Positions 1-12,700 of a stretch of DNA of 64,000 nucleotides are shown here, one piece after another. Source of the stretch: Dictyostelium discoideum. Its lineage: Eukaryota. Numbering within the stretch: the first letter of the stretch is position 1; every line of letters starts with the position of its first letter. The position numbers and the translations under genes were made by a program. Where the stretch lies: NCBI GenBank assembly GCA_000004695.1, contig CM000152.2, forward strand, positions 2,976,001 through 3,040,000. The letters run 5' to 3'. The notes beneath the pieces were generated by a model. That model saw only the letters and a program-made list of their open reading frames with translations. It was not told the DNA's origin and did no database searches.

Positions 1-291
1 TGACGAAGAGGAGGATGATTTTTGTGGTGTTGGTGATATAATTCTACCACTACTTGATACTTTAAAAGGGAAATCTGATGTATCATTAACATCGGTTTCT
101 AATGACCCTTTGCTGTGTGACTTTGATTTTTTAATATCACTTTTATTTTCATTATTATCTTCACTGTTGTTGTTGTTATTATTATTATTATTATTATTAT
201 TTTTTACACTATTTTTTACACTTTTATCGTTATTTTCAATATGGGTTTTTGAAACTCCCTTTGAAATATGGGTTAGTTGTTCTTGGTTCAT
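1..291 (-). CDS. 5' portion of a gene running off the window start (partial); Asn/Ser-rich N-terminus MNQEQLTHISKGVSKTHIEN...
   Basis: Minus-strand ATG at 289-291 opens a frame that stays open to position 1. It is preceded by an AT-rich promoter-like spacer. The plus-strand ORF 110..358 is a low-complexity antisense artefact. Confidence 0.4.
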   Translation of the reverse strand, partial: MNQEQLTHISKGVSKTHIENNDKSVKNSVKNNNNNNNNNNNNSEDNNENKSDIKKSKSHSKGSLETDVNDTSDFPFKVSSSGRIISPTPQKSSSSSS

Positions 292-787
292 TTTCTTTTT
301 TTTTTTTTTTTTTTACTACTATTTACACATGTTGGGAAATGAAATAAACTATTTTTAAAAAAAAAAATAAAAAAAAAAATAAAAAAAAAAAAAAAAAAAA
401 AAATAATAAAAAAAAAGATTTTTATTTTTTTATATTGATAAAATTATTTAATTTAATTTAATAAAATTATTTTTTATTTTTTTTTTTTAAGTTTTATTAA
501 TTTCCTATTTTCATTTATTTATTTTATTGTTTTTTTTTTTTTTAAAAAACAGATAAGCTAATGGACAAAATAAGAATATTTAAATTTAATAGTTTTTTTT
601 TTTTTTTTTTTTTTATTCAAAAAAAAAAAAAAAAAAAAATAGAACTTAAACACAACCAAAAAAGATATTTCCTTTTTTAATTTTATAAAAAAATTAAAAT
701 AAAATAATAATTATTTTTAATAGGTTAATCCTGGAAAATATTTAAACAAAATAAAAAAAAAATTATAATAAATAATAAAATCCATGT

Positions 788-1787
788 TTATTTTGATTTT
801 TTAGTAGTTCCAAAATTTGAAGGTAACCCAAAAGAAGAATAATCAAATTCATCTTCTTCATATTCAACTTTTTCTTTTTCTTTTTCTTTTTCTTTTTCTT
901 TTTCTTTTTCTTTTTCTTTTTCATTTTCTTTTTCTTTTTCATTTTCTTTTTCTTTTTTATTTACATTTACATTTTCATTTTCATTTTCATTTTCATTTTC
1001 ATTTTCATTTTCATTTTCATTTTCATTTTCATTTTCATTTTCATTTTTATTTAAATTGTCTTTACTATTATCATTAGGATTATTAATAGATTCTTGTTGG
1101 TTTGTAGATTCATCATTTTCTTTTTCTTTTATATTTTTTATAATTTTTTCATATTCTTGATCTCTTTTTAATTGTAAATCTTTTTCAGTTACCTTTTTAC
1201 CATCATTTAATTTTGATAATAATTTATCTTCTTTTCCTTTTTTTAATTTATTTTTAACTTGTGATAATGTTGATGTTTCAACTCTCATACTAACACCTTT
1301 TAATCTATTATCTAAATAATATTAATAAATTATTATTTATTTATTTATTTATTATGGAAATTTTATGTTAATAAATTTTGGGGAGGGGAGGGTACCATAA
1401 TTAAAAAAAAAAAAAACTATACATACGTCTTTTAGTATTTACATGAGCTAACATTGAATTTGAATCTTTAAAACTAACATCACAAACATCACAATAGAAA
1501 CCACCATGTTTATCAGTTGGTGTAACACCTTGAACTATTGTAGTTTTACCAACTTTATTAATAAGATTTAAATCTTCATCTCTTGCTTTAAAGAATGATA
1601 AAGGTTTATCTGGATCAATTATATTATTTTGGTTCATTCTTTGTCTTTTTTTTGATATTTCATCTTCCTCATCACCATCACCGTCAACTAATAAACCTGC
1701 TTCTCTATCTTTTGCTCTTTGTGCAAAATATTCTGAATCCCATTTCTTTCTAAATGTTGAATCTACAAAATCTTTTTTTTCACTCAT
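788..1787 (-). CDS. Zinc finger matrin-type protein 2 / SNU23-like U4/U6.U5 tri-snRNP component (U1-type C2H2 finger)
   Basis: complement(join(788..1311,1427..1787)). Exon 1 carries the motif FYCDVCDVSFKDSNSMLAHVNTKR. The GTATGT donor falls after codon phase 1, and the intron 1312..1426 ends in TTTAG. Exon 2 continues H-NRLKGVSMRVETSTLSQVK...GFGTTKKSK, matching the conserved ZMAT2 C-terminus (MRVERSTLDQVK...GFGSTKKSY). Exon 2 holds an (EN)n/(KE)n hexamer repeat. Confidence 0.85.
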
Positions 1788-2016
1788 AATAATTATCCTT
1801 CCTTTTTTAATTATAATGTATAAAAATGAAAGAGAGAGTGTGAAAATTATGATAATAAAATAAAATTAAAAAATTGAAAATTAAAAAAAAAAAAAAAAAA
1901 GGGGTTGGTTTCTTCTCAAAAAAACGAATATCCTTTTGAAAAAAAAAAAAAAAAATGAAAACTTTTTTTTTTTTTTTTTTTTTTTTTTCATATTTTATTT
2001 TTGTATCTGCATTATA

Positions 2017-2724
2017 ATGAAAAAAAAACAATTAAAAGAATTAAATCAAGAAACATTATCACCATCATCATATGAATTTTGGGATGATTTTTATGATAGT
2101 GGTGAAGGTAAAGGTGAATGTTATGAATGGTATGTTAATTTCAATCAATTAAAGAATTATTTATTGAATTTGATAAAAGATGGTGATAAGATTTTACATG
2201 TTGGTTGTGGTAATAGTTTTTTAGCAGAGGATTTAGTTGAAGAGACTGAAAATATTCATATTGAAATTATAAATATTGACGTTTGTGAGAATGCAATCAA
2301 TAGAATGAATGAAAGAAATAAGAAAATTACAAATCAACGTGTTAGAAATAGTTTAATTTATCAAGTTGAAGATGCGACTGAAACAAACTTTAAAGATAAT
2401 CAATTCAATGGTATCTTGGATAAAGGTACTGCTGATGCATTATTATCAACATTAGAGTTGGAGCAAGGTGATAACGAAATGGTTAAATCATTATTAAGAG
2501 AAATGTATCGTCTCTTAAAATATCATACAGGTTGGTTCGTTTGTGTATCAAGAAATGTCTGTTTGGAACCTTATTTTTACAGTGATGAAATGACAAATTG
2601 GGATTTAAAAAGAATTGATTTAACTACAAATTCAACAAAAGGAAAAGGTATAACTCAAGTTAATTATATTTATTTAGCAAAATCATTACCACTTTCAGAT
2701 AATGAGAATGAAAATGAAAATTAA
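2017..2724 (+). CDS. SAM-dependent methyltransferase (EEF1AKMT4/METTL13 N-terminal-like class I MTase)
   Basis: The ORF 1936..2724 begins in a poly-Phe junk stretch, so the likely start is the internal ATG at 2017 (MKKKQLKELNQ). It has the LHVGCGNSFLAEDL SAM-binding motif I, ILDKGTADAL, and the FWDDFY...ECYEWY N-terminal signature of this MTase family. Confidence 0.7.
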   Translation: MKKKQLKELNQETLSPSSYEFWDDFYDSGEGKGECYEWYVNFNQLKNYLLNLIKDGDKILHVGCGNSFLAEDLVEETENIHIEIINIDVCENAINRMNERNKKITNQRVRNSLIYQVEDATETNFKDNQFNGILDKGTADALLSTLELEQGDNEMVKSLLREMYRLLKYHTGWFVCVSRNVCLEPYFYSDEMTNWDLKRIDLTTNSTKGKGITQVNYIYLAKSLPLSDNENENEN

Positions 2725-3380
2725 ATTTATCTAATAAAAAAAAATAAAAAAAAAAAAATCAATTTTAAAAAAAAAAAGTTACACAAAATTGGTGAAGGGG
2801 GTGGAAAAAAAAAAGAAAAAAAGAAAAATGTTGAAATTTCAGGATATGTTAATTTTTAGTTTTTTTGGTTTTTTTTTTTATTTTTGGTTTTTTTATTTTG
2901 TGAATAATGATCGATATTTGTTCAACCCAATCACGCTACTTTTTTGTGAATAGATAATTTTTTATTTTATTTTAAAAATTTTTTTTTTTTTTTTAAAATA
3001 TTGTGCAAATATTACCCAAAATTAATTTCGTGCATGATATTTTTTTTGAAGTTTTTGACCGATGACAAAAAATAATTTCAAACTTTTTGGCAAAACAACG
3101 CTTTAATTTTTTTTTTTTATTTTTTTTTTTAATTTTTTTTTTATTTTTTAAAATTATTTTTTTTAATTTTTTAATTTTTATTTTTTTCTTTTTTTTATTT
3201 TTATTTTATTTTTTTATTTGCAATTGCAATAGATAAATTTGCTTTTCCCTTATTATTTTTTTCTCACTTTTTTTTTTTTTTTATATTTTTTTTTCTAAAA
3301 AAAAAAATTGAAAAAAAAAAAAAAAAAACCTCAAAATAATAATAAATATAATAAACATAAATTAAATAAAAAAAAATAGA

Positions 3381-3848
3381 ATGAGTGGGAAACACTTATT
3401 CCTCATTTATTTCATAATATTTTCATTCCTTTTTATAAATATATATTGCGAAAATAACAACGTTAATGACAATGAAAATAATAATGATAAAACTTTTATA
3501 TTAAATAGAAATAATACTCATAGTATTAACGATAACACTACAAATAAAAATAATAATAAAAATAATAATAATAAAAATAATAATAATAATAAAAATAATA
3601 ATAATAATGGTAATAATGAGGATGATAATAGTTTAAATATAAATAATAATGAGGGAAAACGTTATAAACCCAAACCAACAATAACTATAACACCAATACA
3701 ACATCATACTCCTCATCCACATACACCACCACACCATTCACGACCACCACATTCACAACGACCACCACCAACTCGTCCACCAAATACATTTTACCCAAGA
3801 CCAACTAAAAGCCCATCATTACCAAACGAAAGTAGTGATCCAAATAAA

Positions 3849-3883
<35 letters not shown>

Positions 3884-4217
3884 AAGTAGTAGCAGTAGTA
3901 GCAGTAGTAGTAGTAATAATAATAATACAGATACAGGAGATGTAATACCAATGGATAGTGGTGATAACTCAGAATCAATTGTATATGATAATTTATTCTC
4001 AAAATCAATGAAACAAATTTTAGGAAATTCAAAAACTGATCCAATAACGGCTTATGTAAATTATAAATATGATTTATTTTTAAATAGATATAATATCAGT
4101 AGTGGTAATGATAATAGTAATAGTAATAGTACAGATTTTAATAGTACAAAAAGTAATGGTTTAGAATATTCTTCATTTTTAAAAGAATATATAGAAGAAA
4201 GAAAAATCAATTTTTTA

Positions 4218-4312
<95 letters not shown>

Positions 4313-7277
4313 TAAGAATTTTTTATTTAAAACATCAACAAATATAAATAATAATAATAATAATGAAAAAATTAAATTAAAAGAAAATAATTTAAATTTA
4401 AAAAATTTAACAATAATGAATAAGATTATAACGAATAGTAGTATAGAATCAAGTTCAATTTATAATAGTAGTTTAAGTGATTTTAGTAAGGTAAAGAATT
4501 GTACACTTTTCAATACGGAATTGGTTAATACTATTATTGAAAATAGTGTATTAGATAATTGTATCATTAGAAAATGTATCATTAGGAACAGTGTTTTAAT
4601 CAATCGATCAATGATAACCAATGACACGTTCATTAGTAATAGCACCATTATTGGTGATAGTAAATTTAATAGTAGAGTTAATAACGCCACCATTACCAAT
4701 CATTCAATAATATTGAATACTAAAATCAGTAGAACTATCATTAATGAAAAGTCAACTTTAAAATCTTGTAAAATTATATTTAGTAATTTAAAAAATAGTA
4801 TCTTTCAAAATTCAGTGGTTTTCAATAGTTTAAATGCAAATTGCACTTTTGATAATACAACTGTAATTTTCGATAATTTCAATGGTGGTTCAAATGATGG
4901 ACAGTTTGGTAATACAAACGATACTGATCACAACAACGATTATAATGAAGAAGAGGAAGATAATTACCTTTTTGATGACTATACTGATTGTTTCTCATCT
5001 GTTGTTTCAAATTATTTCAATAGAGATATAATGCATAATATTGAACAAGTTAAACATAATTTTATAATTGATAATAATAATAATAATGATGATGATAATA
5101 ATACTGATCCATTATTTCCACCATCAGATTCAACAAAAACAAGAAATTCAAATTCTACAACAACGACAACATCAACAACTTCAGCATCAGAACCAACACC
5201 ACCTCCACCTCCACCAATTCCCCCAACATCAACATCAACATCAACATCATCAACATCATCAACATCAACATCATCAACATTATCAACATCAACATCATCA
5301 ACATTATCAACATCAACATCTACATTAACATCATCAGAAACTAATGATTCAAATCAAGGTCCAGGACCATCAACACCACCACCAAAATTACAATGGAAAA
5401 AATTAAAAATTAAAGTTGATTATAGTTATTTAACAAAAGGATTTGAAAAATCTTGTAAAGTTCAAGGTCAAAAGATTATTATTGGTAAAGTTGATCAAAG
5501 TATACCAATTGAAAAACAGAGAAATTGTTCAAGTGATATTAAATTAAATTGTAATTATTATTGTGGTAAAAGTGATATATTGACAGATGACCTCATTGAT
5601 TTCATAAAATATTCAGTTGTAACAGATATGGTTTCAATTTTTCAATCACTTTTATCAGTTCAATCTGGTCCAAAATTAGAGATTGATAGATTCATTTGGG
5701 GTACAACTGGTGGACAATGTACAGAGGGTATTAAAATCTCAAGAGAATATGTTGATAAGGGTATAGATGATTATAATTTCCTTTTGTATATAACAGCAAT
5801 ACCAATACCATTAAGAAGTGCATTTGCCTATGGGTTGCCTTGTAATTTCAATTTAAAAAATCCATCTAAAAACATTCGTGGTAGACCATTGGTTGGTACG
5901 ATTAATTTTCAACCAAAATCATTTCAAAGATTAATGAAATGCTCAAAAGATGTAAACGATCATGACTCTAGAAAACAATATAATACAGCTATAAAAATTG
6001 CAATGCATGAGATGGTGCATGTACTTGGTTTCTCTCCATTCTATTTCAATAGTTATATAGATCAAAATGGTAGAGCTCATGCAAGTGTAAACGTTACTAA
6101 AAGTATCGTTGGTGTTAATCCATCGAAAACCTCTGTCAAAAATGTGGTTGCCGTATTAATTACACCTCAATTAAACTATGTAGTTAATAAATATTACGGT
6201 TGTTCAAATAATGATACAGGTATTGAGTTGGAGAGTCATTTAAATCAAAACTTCCCACCCAATATGTTGGATGCTCATTTCTCATCTCGTATTGCCTATG
6301 GTGAATTAATGACTTCTGCTCGTAATCCTACAATGTCACTCTCTGTTTTAACTTTGGCATTACTTCAAGATATGGGTTGGTATCGTGTTGATACTTCAAT
6401 TCCACAAGAATACTTTTGGGGTAAAAATCAAGGTTGTCAATTTCTAACAGGTAGATGTGAACAACGTAATCAAAACTATGGTCATCATTGTGATACTAAA
6501 CCATTGGGTTGTTCAGTGGATCGTAGATCAATAAACAATTGTAGTTACAAAGATGTTGGTACCGTATTGGATCCTTACTATCAACATTTTTCAAATGCTA
6601 GATTCGGTGGTGATCCTGAAATGGAATATTGTACTGCCTATACTTCTTCCATGTCCATCGAATGTGCTACTGTTCTATCAAATGAAAGTAATTCAAGATG
6701 TTTTGATTTCAAATATTCAAATTCAAATAACCATTCTTTCCCTCAATGTATACCTCAACGTTGTTATCAAAATATTTTACAAATATTTTATAATAATACT
6801 TATTTCAATTGTCCATTTGATGGTGGTTCTTTAAATCTTGGTAATAATTTAACTGTTTTTTGTCCAGAATATAATTTCTTTTGTTCAAATTTACTTTTAC
6901 CTTCAATGTTAGTAAGTTTTTTTTAATTTATTTATTATTTATTATTTAATTAAATTTTAACATATTAACTTTTTTTTTTTATTTTTTATTTTTTTTTTCA
7001 ATAGCAACAAGGAAGTGATTCTGGATCAACAAATTTCCAAGATTTTGATCCACCATTTTATAAAAGACATGCATTTTGGATACCACTATCTTTAGCAATT
7101 ACTTTAACACTTGGTTTGATATTTTTAGTTGTTTTCTATAGGAAAAAGTATCCACCAATTACAAAAACATTGAAAATGAAATCTCCAATTTCTGAATTCA
7201 ACAATATAAATTCAAATGATAAAAGTTCTTTAAGGATGAAAAAGTTTAGTAAAGTAATAGAAGATGAAACTGTTTAA
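3381..7277 (+). CDS. Leishmanolysin-like (peptidase M8) zinc metalloprotease; signal peptide, long Asn/Ser/Thr/Pro-rich N-terminal region, C-terminal TM anchor
   Basis: join(3381..6911,7005..7277). Has the HEMVHVLGF HExxH zinc motif within an M8-like catalytic region (GTTGGQCTEG, SRIAYGELM, many Cys). The N-terminal hydrophobic signal is MSGKHLFLIYFIIFSFLF. Donor GTAAGT at 6912, acceptor CAATAG at 7004. Exon 2 encodes the TM helix WIPLSLAITLTLGLIFLVVF plus a basic tail. Confidence 0.75.
4219..4311 (+). repeat. (AAT)n microsatellite (poly-Asn) inside the leishmanolysin-like gene
   Basis: Direct observation. Similar (AAT)n tracts occur at 18196-18330, 37561-37650, 48581-48700 and 63871-63940. 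Confidence 0.9.
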
Positions 7278-7396
7278 TTTGATAAAAAATAAAAAAAAGA
7301 AAAAAAAAAAAAAAAAAAATATCTTTTTTTTTTTTTCCTTTTTTTACCAAAAATAAAAATATCTTTTTTTAATTTTTTTTATTTAAATAAATATTT

Positions 7397-8706
7397 TTAT
7401 TTTGTTAAAATTTCATAACCATCTTTTGTTACTAAAATTGTATGTTCAAATTGAGCAGACCAACCACCTTCTCTTGAGGAAACTGTCCATTTATCATCCC
7501 ACATTTTCCATTCTGCATATGGAGATGTTGATTCAACTAAAACTGGTTCAATAGTAAAAATCATACCTTCTTTCATAACTGAATCAAATTCATTTGCACA
7601 TTGGAATACAAAAGGTGCTGTATGGAAAAGTTGACCTATACCATGTCCTGTAAATTCTGGTGTTACACTTAATGAATATTTATTTGCAACTAATCTATTT
7701 TTTTTTTTAAAAAAAAAAAAAAAATTAATTAATAATTTAAAGTTTGGAAAAATTATAGGTAAAAATATTAATTATTTTAAAATACTTACTGAATCTTTTT
7801 ACCAATTTTATTAAATAAAGCACCATCTTTAACTTCACCAATTGCAGCATATAATGCTTTTTCTGTAGCTTCAATTAAACGTTTTGAAGAAGAATCAATT
7901 TCACCTACTGGAAAAGTTGCACAAGTATCACCATGATAACCATTATAATAGAGGGTTACATCAATTTTTACAATATCACCAAATTCCAAAGGTCTATCAT
8001 CAGGAATACCATGACATAATACTTCATTTATTGAAGTGCAAATTGATTTTGGAAAACCTTTATATCCTAATGGTGATGGATAGGCACCACGGTCTATAAT
8101 ATTTTGATGAACTAATTTATCGATTTCATCAGTTGTAATACCTGGTCTGACTAATGTACCAGCATATTCTAAAACTTCTTTTGCCATTTTACCAACTACT
8201 CTCATATGTTCAATACTTTCTGCTGTATGAATTTCAATTGGATCATCTATTTCAAAATCTATAACTGGTTCACCTAAAACATATTTTGGTTTTTTAATAT
8301 GTGCTGGAATTAATGGTTGAGGTGAAACTATTCCGCCTCTAATTAAATTATCTGGATTTCTATAAAGTTTGGTTGTCATTTTTCTTCTTTCTTTTCTATT
8401 CATTCCTTCCAATGGTGATGCTGTTTTCTTTGTTAATCTTTGTGATCTTACAAAATCTCTAATCTCTTCTGTTTCATTTTCTAAAATCTTTTCTTTTAAT
8501 TTTTTTGGTGATAAATCATCTTCAAATGAAGAATAATATCTTTGTTGTTGTTTTTGTTGTACATTATATGATTTTATTATATTATTATTATTATTTAAAT
8601 AAGATGATGAGGATGAGGATGATGATGAAATTCCACCATTAAATGATGTTTTAAAAACATTATTGATTGATGATTTATTAATAATATTCTTTAAAATTTT
8701 ATTCAT
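7397..8706 (-). CDS. Methionine aminopeptidase type 1 (MetAP1)
   Basis: complement(join(7397..7694,7790..8706)). Exon 1 ends ...GKKIQ(CA) at the GTAAGT donor, and the 95-nt intron ends AAATAG. Exon 2 encodes LVANKYSLSVTPEFTGHGIGQLFHTAPFV...EHTILVTKDGYEILTK, containing the MetAP GHGIG motif and metal ligands. The N-terminal Ser/Asn-rich extension suggests an organellar isoform. Confidence 0.85.
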
Positions 8707-8894
8707 TTTCCTTGTTTCTTTTTTGTAAATTAAAATGAAAAATAAAAAAAAATCTCAAAAAAAAAAAAAAGTTTGTCGTCGTTTTTTAAAATTATTTTTT
8801 TTTATTTTTATTTTTTTTTTTTTTTATTTTTTATTTTTTATTTTTTTAATTTCATTTTCATAAGTATAATCTTTTTCAATCTTTTTCTATCAAA
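8707..8894. promoter_or_regulatory. Compact bidirectional promoter between MetAP1 (-) and the small TM protein gene (+)
   Basis: 188 bp of AT-rich spacer lie between two divergent start codons. Confidence 0.5.
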
Positions 8895-9097
8895 ATGGCA
8901 AAGAAATCATTATTAGTATCAACATTAATACCTATGGTTGGTGTTACATTAGTATCATTTGGGGTTTTACATCATTTTATGCAACATAAATTTGAAAGAT
9001 GGGATCATGAATCTTTGGGCGACCCAAATAAAAAACCAACTACTTTAGAAGAAGAATATGAGGTAAGAAAAATATTATAATATTATATAAATAATAG

Positions 9098-9132
<35 letters not shown>

Positions 9133-9253
9133 TTGATTTTCTATTATCTTCTAATAAATATTATTATTTAATTTTCAGAAAATGTCAAAAAAAATTGATT
9201 TCTCAAATTATGAAAATAAAACTGTTCCTGGAAGAGATGATTATAAAAATTAA
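8895..9253 (+). CDS. Small (~81 aa) single-TM protein; possibly a respiratory-chain accessory subunit (NDUFA1/MWFE-like), unconfirmed
   Basis: join(8895..9062,9179..9253). Donor GTAAGA after ...LEEEYE; acceptor TTTTCAG; exon 2 is KMSKKIDFSNYENKTVPGRDDYKN*. One hydrophobic helix (LLVSTLIPMVGVTLVSFGVL). It shares a 188-bp divergent promoter with MetAP1. Confidence 0.45.
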
Positions 9254-9421
9254 AAATAAATTGTATAAATACAATATATATACATATAAAAAAAAAAAAA
9301 AAATAAGATAATAAAATTGTAAATAGAATTAAAAAAAAAAAAAAAACATGGAAAAAAAAAAAAACATGGAAAAAAAAAAAAGATTCTTATTCAAAAAAAA
9401 AAAGATTTGATATTTATTTTT

Positions 9422-9457
<36 letters not shown>

Positions 9458-9577
9458 CAAGTTTAGTGATATTAAATAAATAATGATTACCATAACAAAA
9501 ACACGCAAATACTGAAAGAAATAAATAGTTTTTGGTTTGTTTTTTTGGATTTTCTTTTTTTCCATTTCCTTTTTTCC

Positions 9578-9706
9578 TTATTTTGATGATACCAACATTA
9601 ATATTTTTTCAACAGCTTTTTGAATTGATGGGTGTGGCGAAGATTTAAGGTATTGAAGTGGTTCAATAATATTTGATGATTTTAAATATGGAATATGAAT
9701 TGCTAT

Positions 9707-9749
<43 letters not shown>

Positions 9750-12700
9750 CTGTTAATATTATTATTATTATTAAAAAAATTAAATAAACATACGATTTAC
9801 AGATAAAACCAAAATGATTTTTAAAGCAGTCATTTGTGGTGCCATTGAAGTTGAATTTGGATCTAAATAAGATAATAATAAATCTACAATATTTGAAGCA
9901 GTTAAGATGAATTGACTATCTTTATTTGAGACTAAACAAGCGATTGCTTCTAAACCCAACATTCTTAATGCTTCGAATTGAGTATCACCCAATAGGGAGA
10001 GATATTTCTTTACAACTCTTTCACGATAATGACCGAGATTAATTTGATCTTGAACGGATTTCAAAGAGATAACTCTTGCAAGTGCAGAAGCGACACGTAA
10101 ATCGAAACCACTATTAATTGAATGTACCATCATATCCAACAATTGATTTACGCCACCCAATTTGACAAATTCAACCTGTACAGAATTTGACTCTAAAAGT
10201 AATGTTAAACACCAAAGAATTTGCAATCTAATCAATTCATTCTGATGAGATAATAGATTGATTAATAGTGGAATACCACCTTTGATGAGGATTTGCTCTC
10301 TATTCTCTTCACGGTCAGCACCATTTGATAATTGTGATAGTAGACGTAGGGTAATGAAGAGGATATTCTCTTTTTGTGAATTCAAAGTCTCCATTAAGAT
10401 ATTGATACCCAATAAATTTCTAAACAAATTCATAATCTCTTCATTGTGTTCAATTAATGTTGAAAATTGTTTTAAACATGATAATTGAATCTCATCATAG
10501 GGCTGATCCATCAATTGGAAGATTAAAGGTACGAAATCTGCCTCCAATAGATATTCAATATTTTCAACATTTTTACAAAGTTGATCAATGGTTTGACTTG
10601 CTCTATGTAAATTCAATAAAGTTGGTTGACTAATTAAATCCTTTACAACATTTGCAATCTTTTCAATTTTTACTCTCTTTTCTGGATCCAATGATTCATT
10701 AAATCTTTTATTTGGATTTAAAAGATTATTCATTTCATTCTTTATTTTTTCTTCAACTTGTTCTTGTGAAACTAATGAATCTTGAGTAGAAGTTGATGAA
10801 GTTGATGATGTTAATTGTTGTTCTGGTTGTTGTTGTTGTTGATCTTGTTGTTGTTGTTGTTGTTGTTGTTGTGTTGGTTTATTAAATCTTTGAATTGTAT
10901 GTAATGGTTGTCTTAAAATTTTTAAAATTGTTGTAAAAGTTGGTCTAACGGATGGATCAGTTGATAAACAAAGTTTAATTAATTTTTCAATTGTGAATGG
11001 ACAATTTGGTAAAGGTGGTCTAAGATAATGAGTATAACCATTGACAGTGTTACTCTTTAGATCGGATAATTTAATATCACGAGCGAACATCTCCCAAAGT
11101 AAAACACCAAAACTGAAAACATCAACCTTTGTATCGTAACCACCCTTTGAACCTGACAAAACATTGAATAGCTCTGGTGCAAGGTATTGGGTGTGTAATA
11201 ATTGATTCTTTAATTGAAAAGACATAAACTTCTTTTTCAAAGTTTCATCCTTCAATGAAGTGAAACCATAATCTTTGATATAGATCTTCAAATCTGAATT
11301 CAATAGAATATTCTTTGGATGCAATGATCTATGAACGATATTAAAAGAGTGAAGGAATGACATGGCCGAAGCAATCTCTTCCGATAGTCTAAGAATTAAT
11401 TGAAGTTCATTCTTCTCATCTAAATTCTTTATGACGATATCTAAATTGCTACCAGTGATATACTCTGTAAAGGTGGTGAATGTTTGATTGTCAAATGATG
11501 CTCCTGCCAATGCTAAAATATTTGGATGTTTAATTGCTACCAATTGCTCAATCTCATTGAATAACATTGGTGTCGCTTGTGATGTTATGAAATTCCATTG
11601 TTTCATCACTATTCTCTTATCCTTATGAATACCTGCTCTTTGTGTTGTACCATTATTACCTGATCCAATAATATCTGATGGTTGTGCTTTAATATACCAT
11701 GATTTATCTGATTGTTGTTGTTCAATTTGATTCTGTTCATCAATTAATTCTTTATTATTATTATTACCATTGCTATTATTATCATTATTTTTATTTGTAA
11801 TATCATCATCTAAATCATTATTACCTAAAATCTTTTGAATAACTTGTTCATCAGGTGTTAATTGTACTTTTACTTTTGATTGTAATGATTGTTCTTCAAC
11901 TGATAATGGATAGAATTGTTGTGATGTATAAACAACTTTTGGAGCTGATGGGTCAAGATTACTTGAAGATGTTAATAGATTTGAATTACTCTCTTTAAAA
12001 TGTGAAATCATATCATCTAATAATTGATCTGAATCTTTGAATGTTGGTGATACAGGTGTTGATACTGTTGTTGTTGGTGGTTGTGGTTGTGATGTTGGTG
12101 TTGGTTGTGGTGCTGCTGGTTGTGGTGCTGCTGATTGTGATGGTGATGGTGATGATAATGTTGGTATTGGTGTTGGTGCTTTTGGTGATGATACTTGAAT
12201 ATCAACTGGTGCACCAAGTTTTGCTGCTGGTCTAGTTGTTAATGTACCATTTGGTGATTTACTAGCATTTAATTTATTAACTGTTGCTGCTGTAGTTGTA
12301 TTAGTAGAGGTAGTGGTTGATGGTGTTACAATTGGTGTTGGTATTGATGTAGTTTTAATCTCTTTTGGTAAACTATTATTACCATTTGGTTCTGGTATAC
12401 CTCCAAATGATTCAATCATTTCATCTAATAAATCTGCTGCATCAATTGCTTCTTTAGTTAAAATAATTGCTCTTTCTGATGAAACTCTCTTTAATATTGG
12501 ATTACCATTCTTTACACTATCTGTTAATATTTGTTCATCTGCTGTTGTTGTTGTTGGTGGTGGTGGTGGTAATTGTAATTCTTCAGTTGATGGTGGTGGT
12601 AATGGTAATTCCTCAGTTGTTGGTGGTGGAGGTAAAGAAATTGAAACAGGTGGTGGTAATTTTGCAATTATTACTACATCATCTTGTTGTGATGGTGGTG

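Noticed and set aside
817-1077. Plus-strand ORF (86 aa, HF/LF repeats)
   Set aside because: It is antisense to the (EN)n/(KE)n repeat region of ZMAT2 exon 2 and is a low-complexity artefact.
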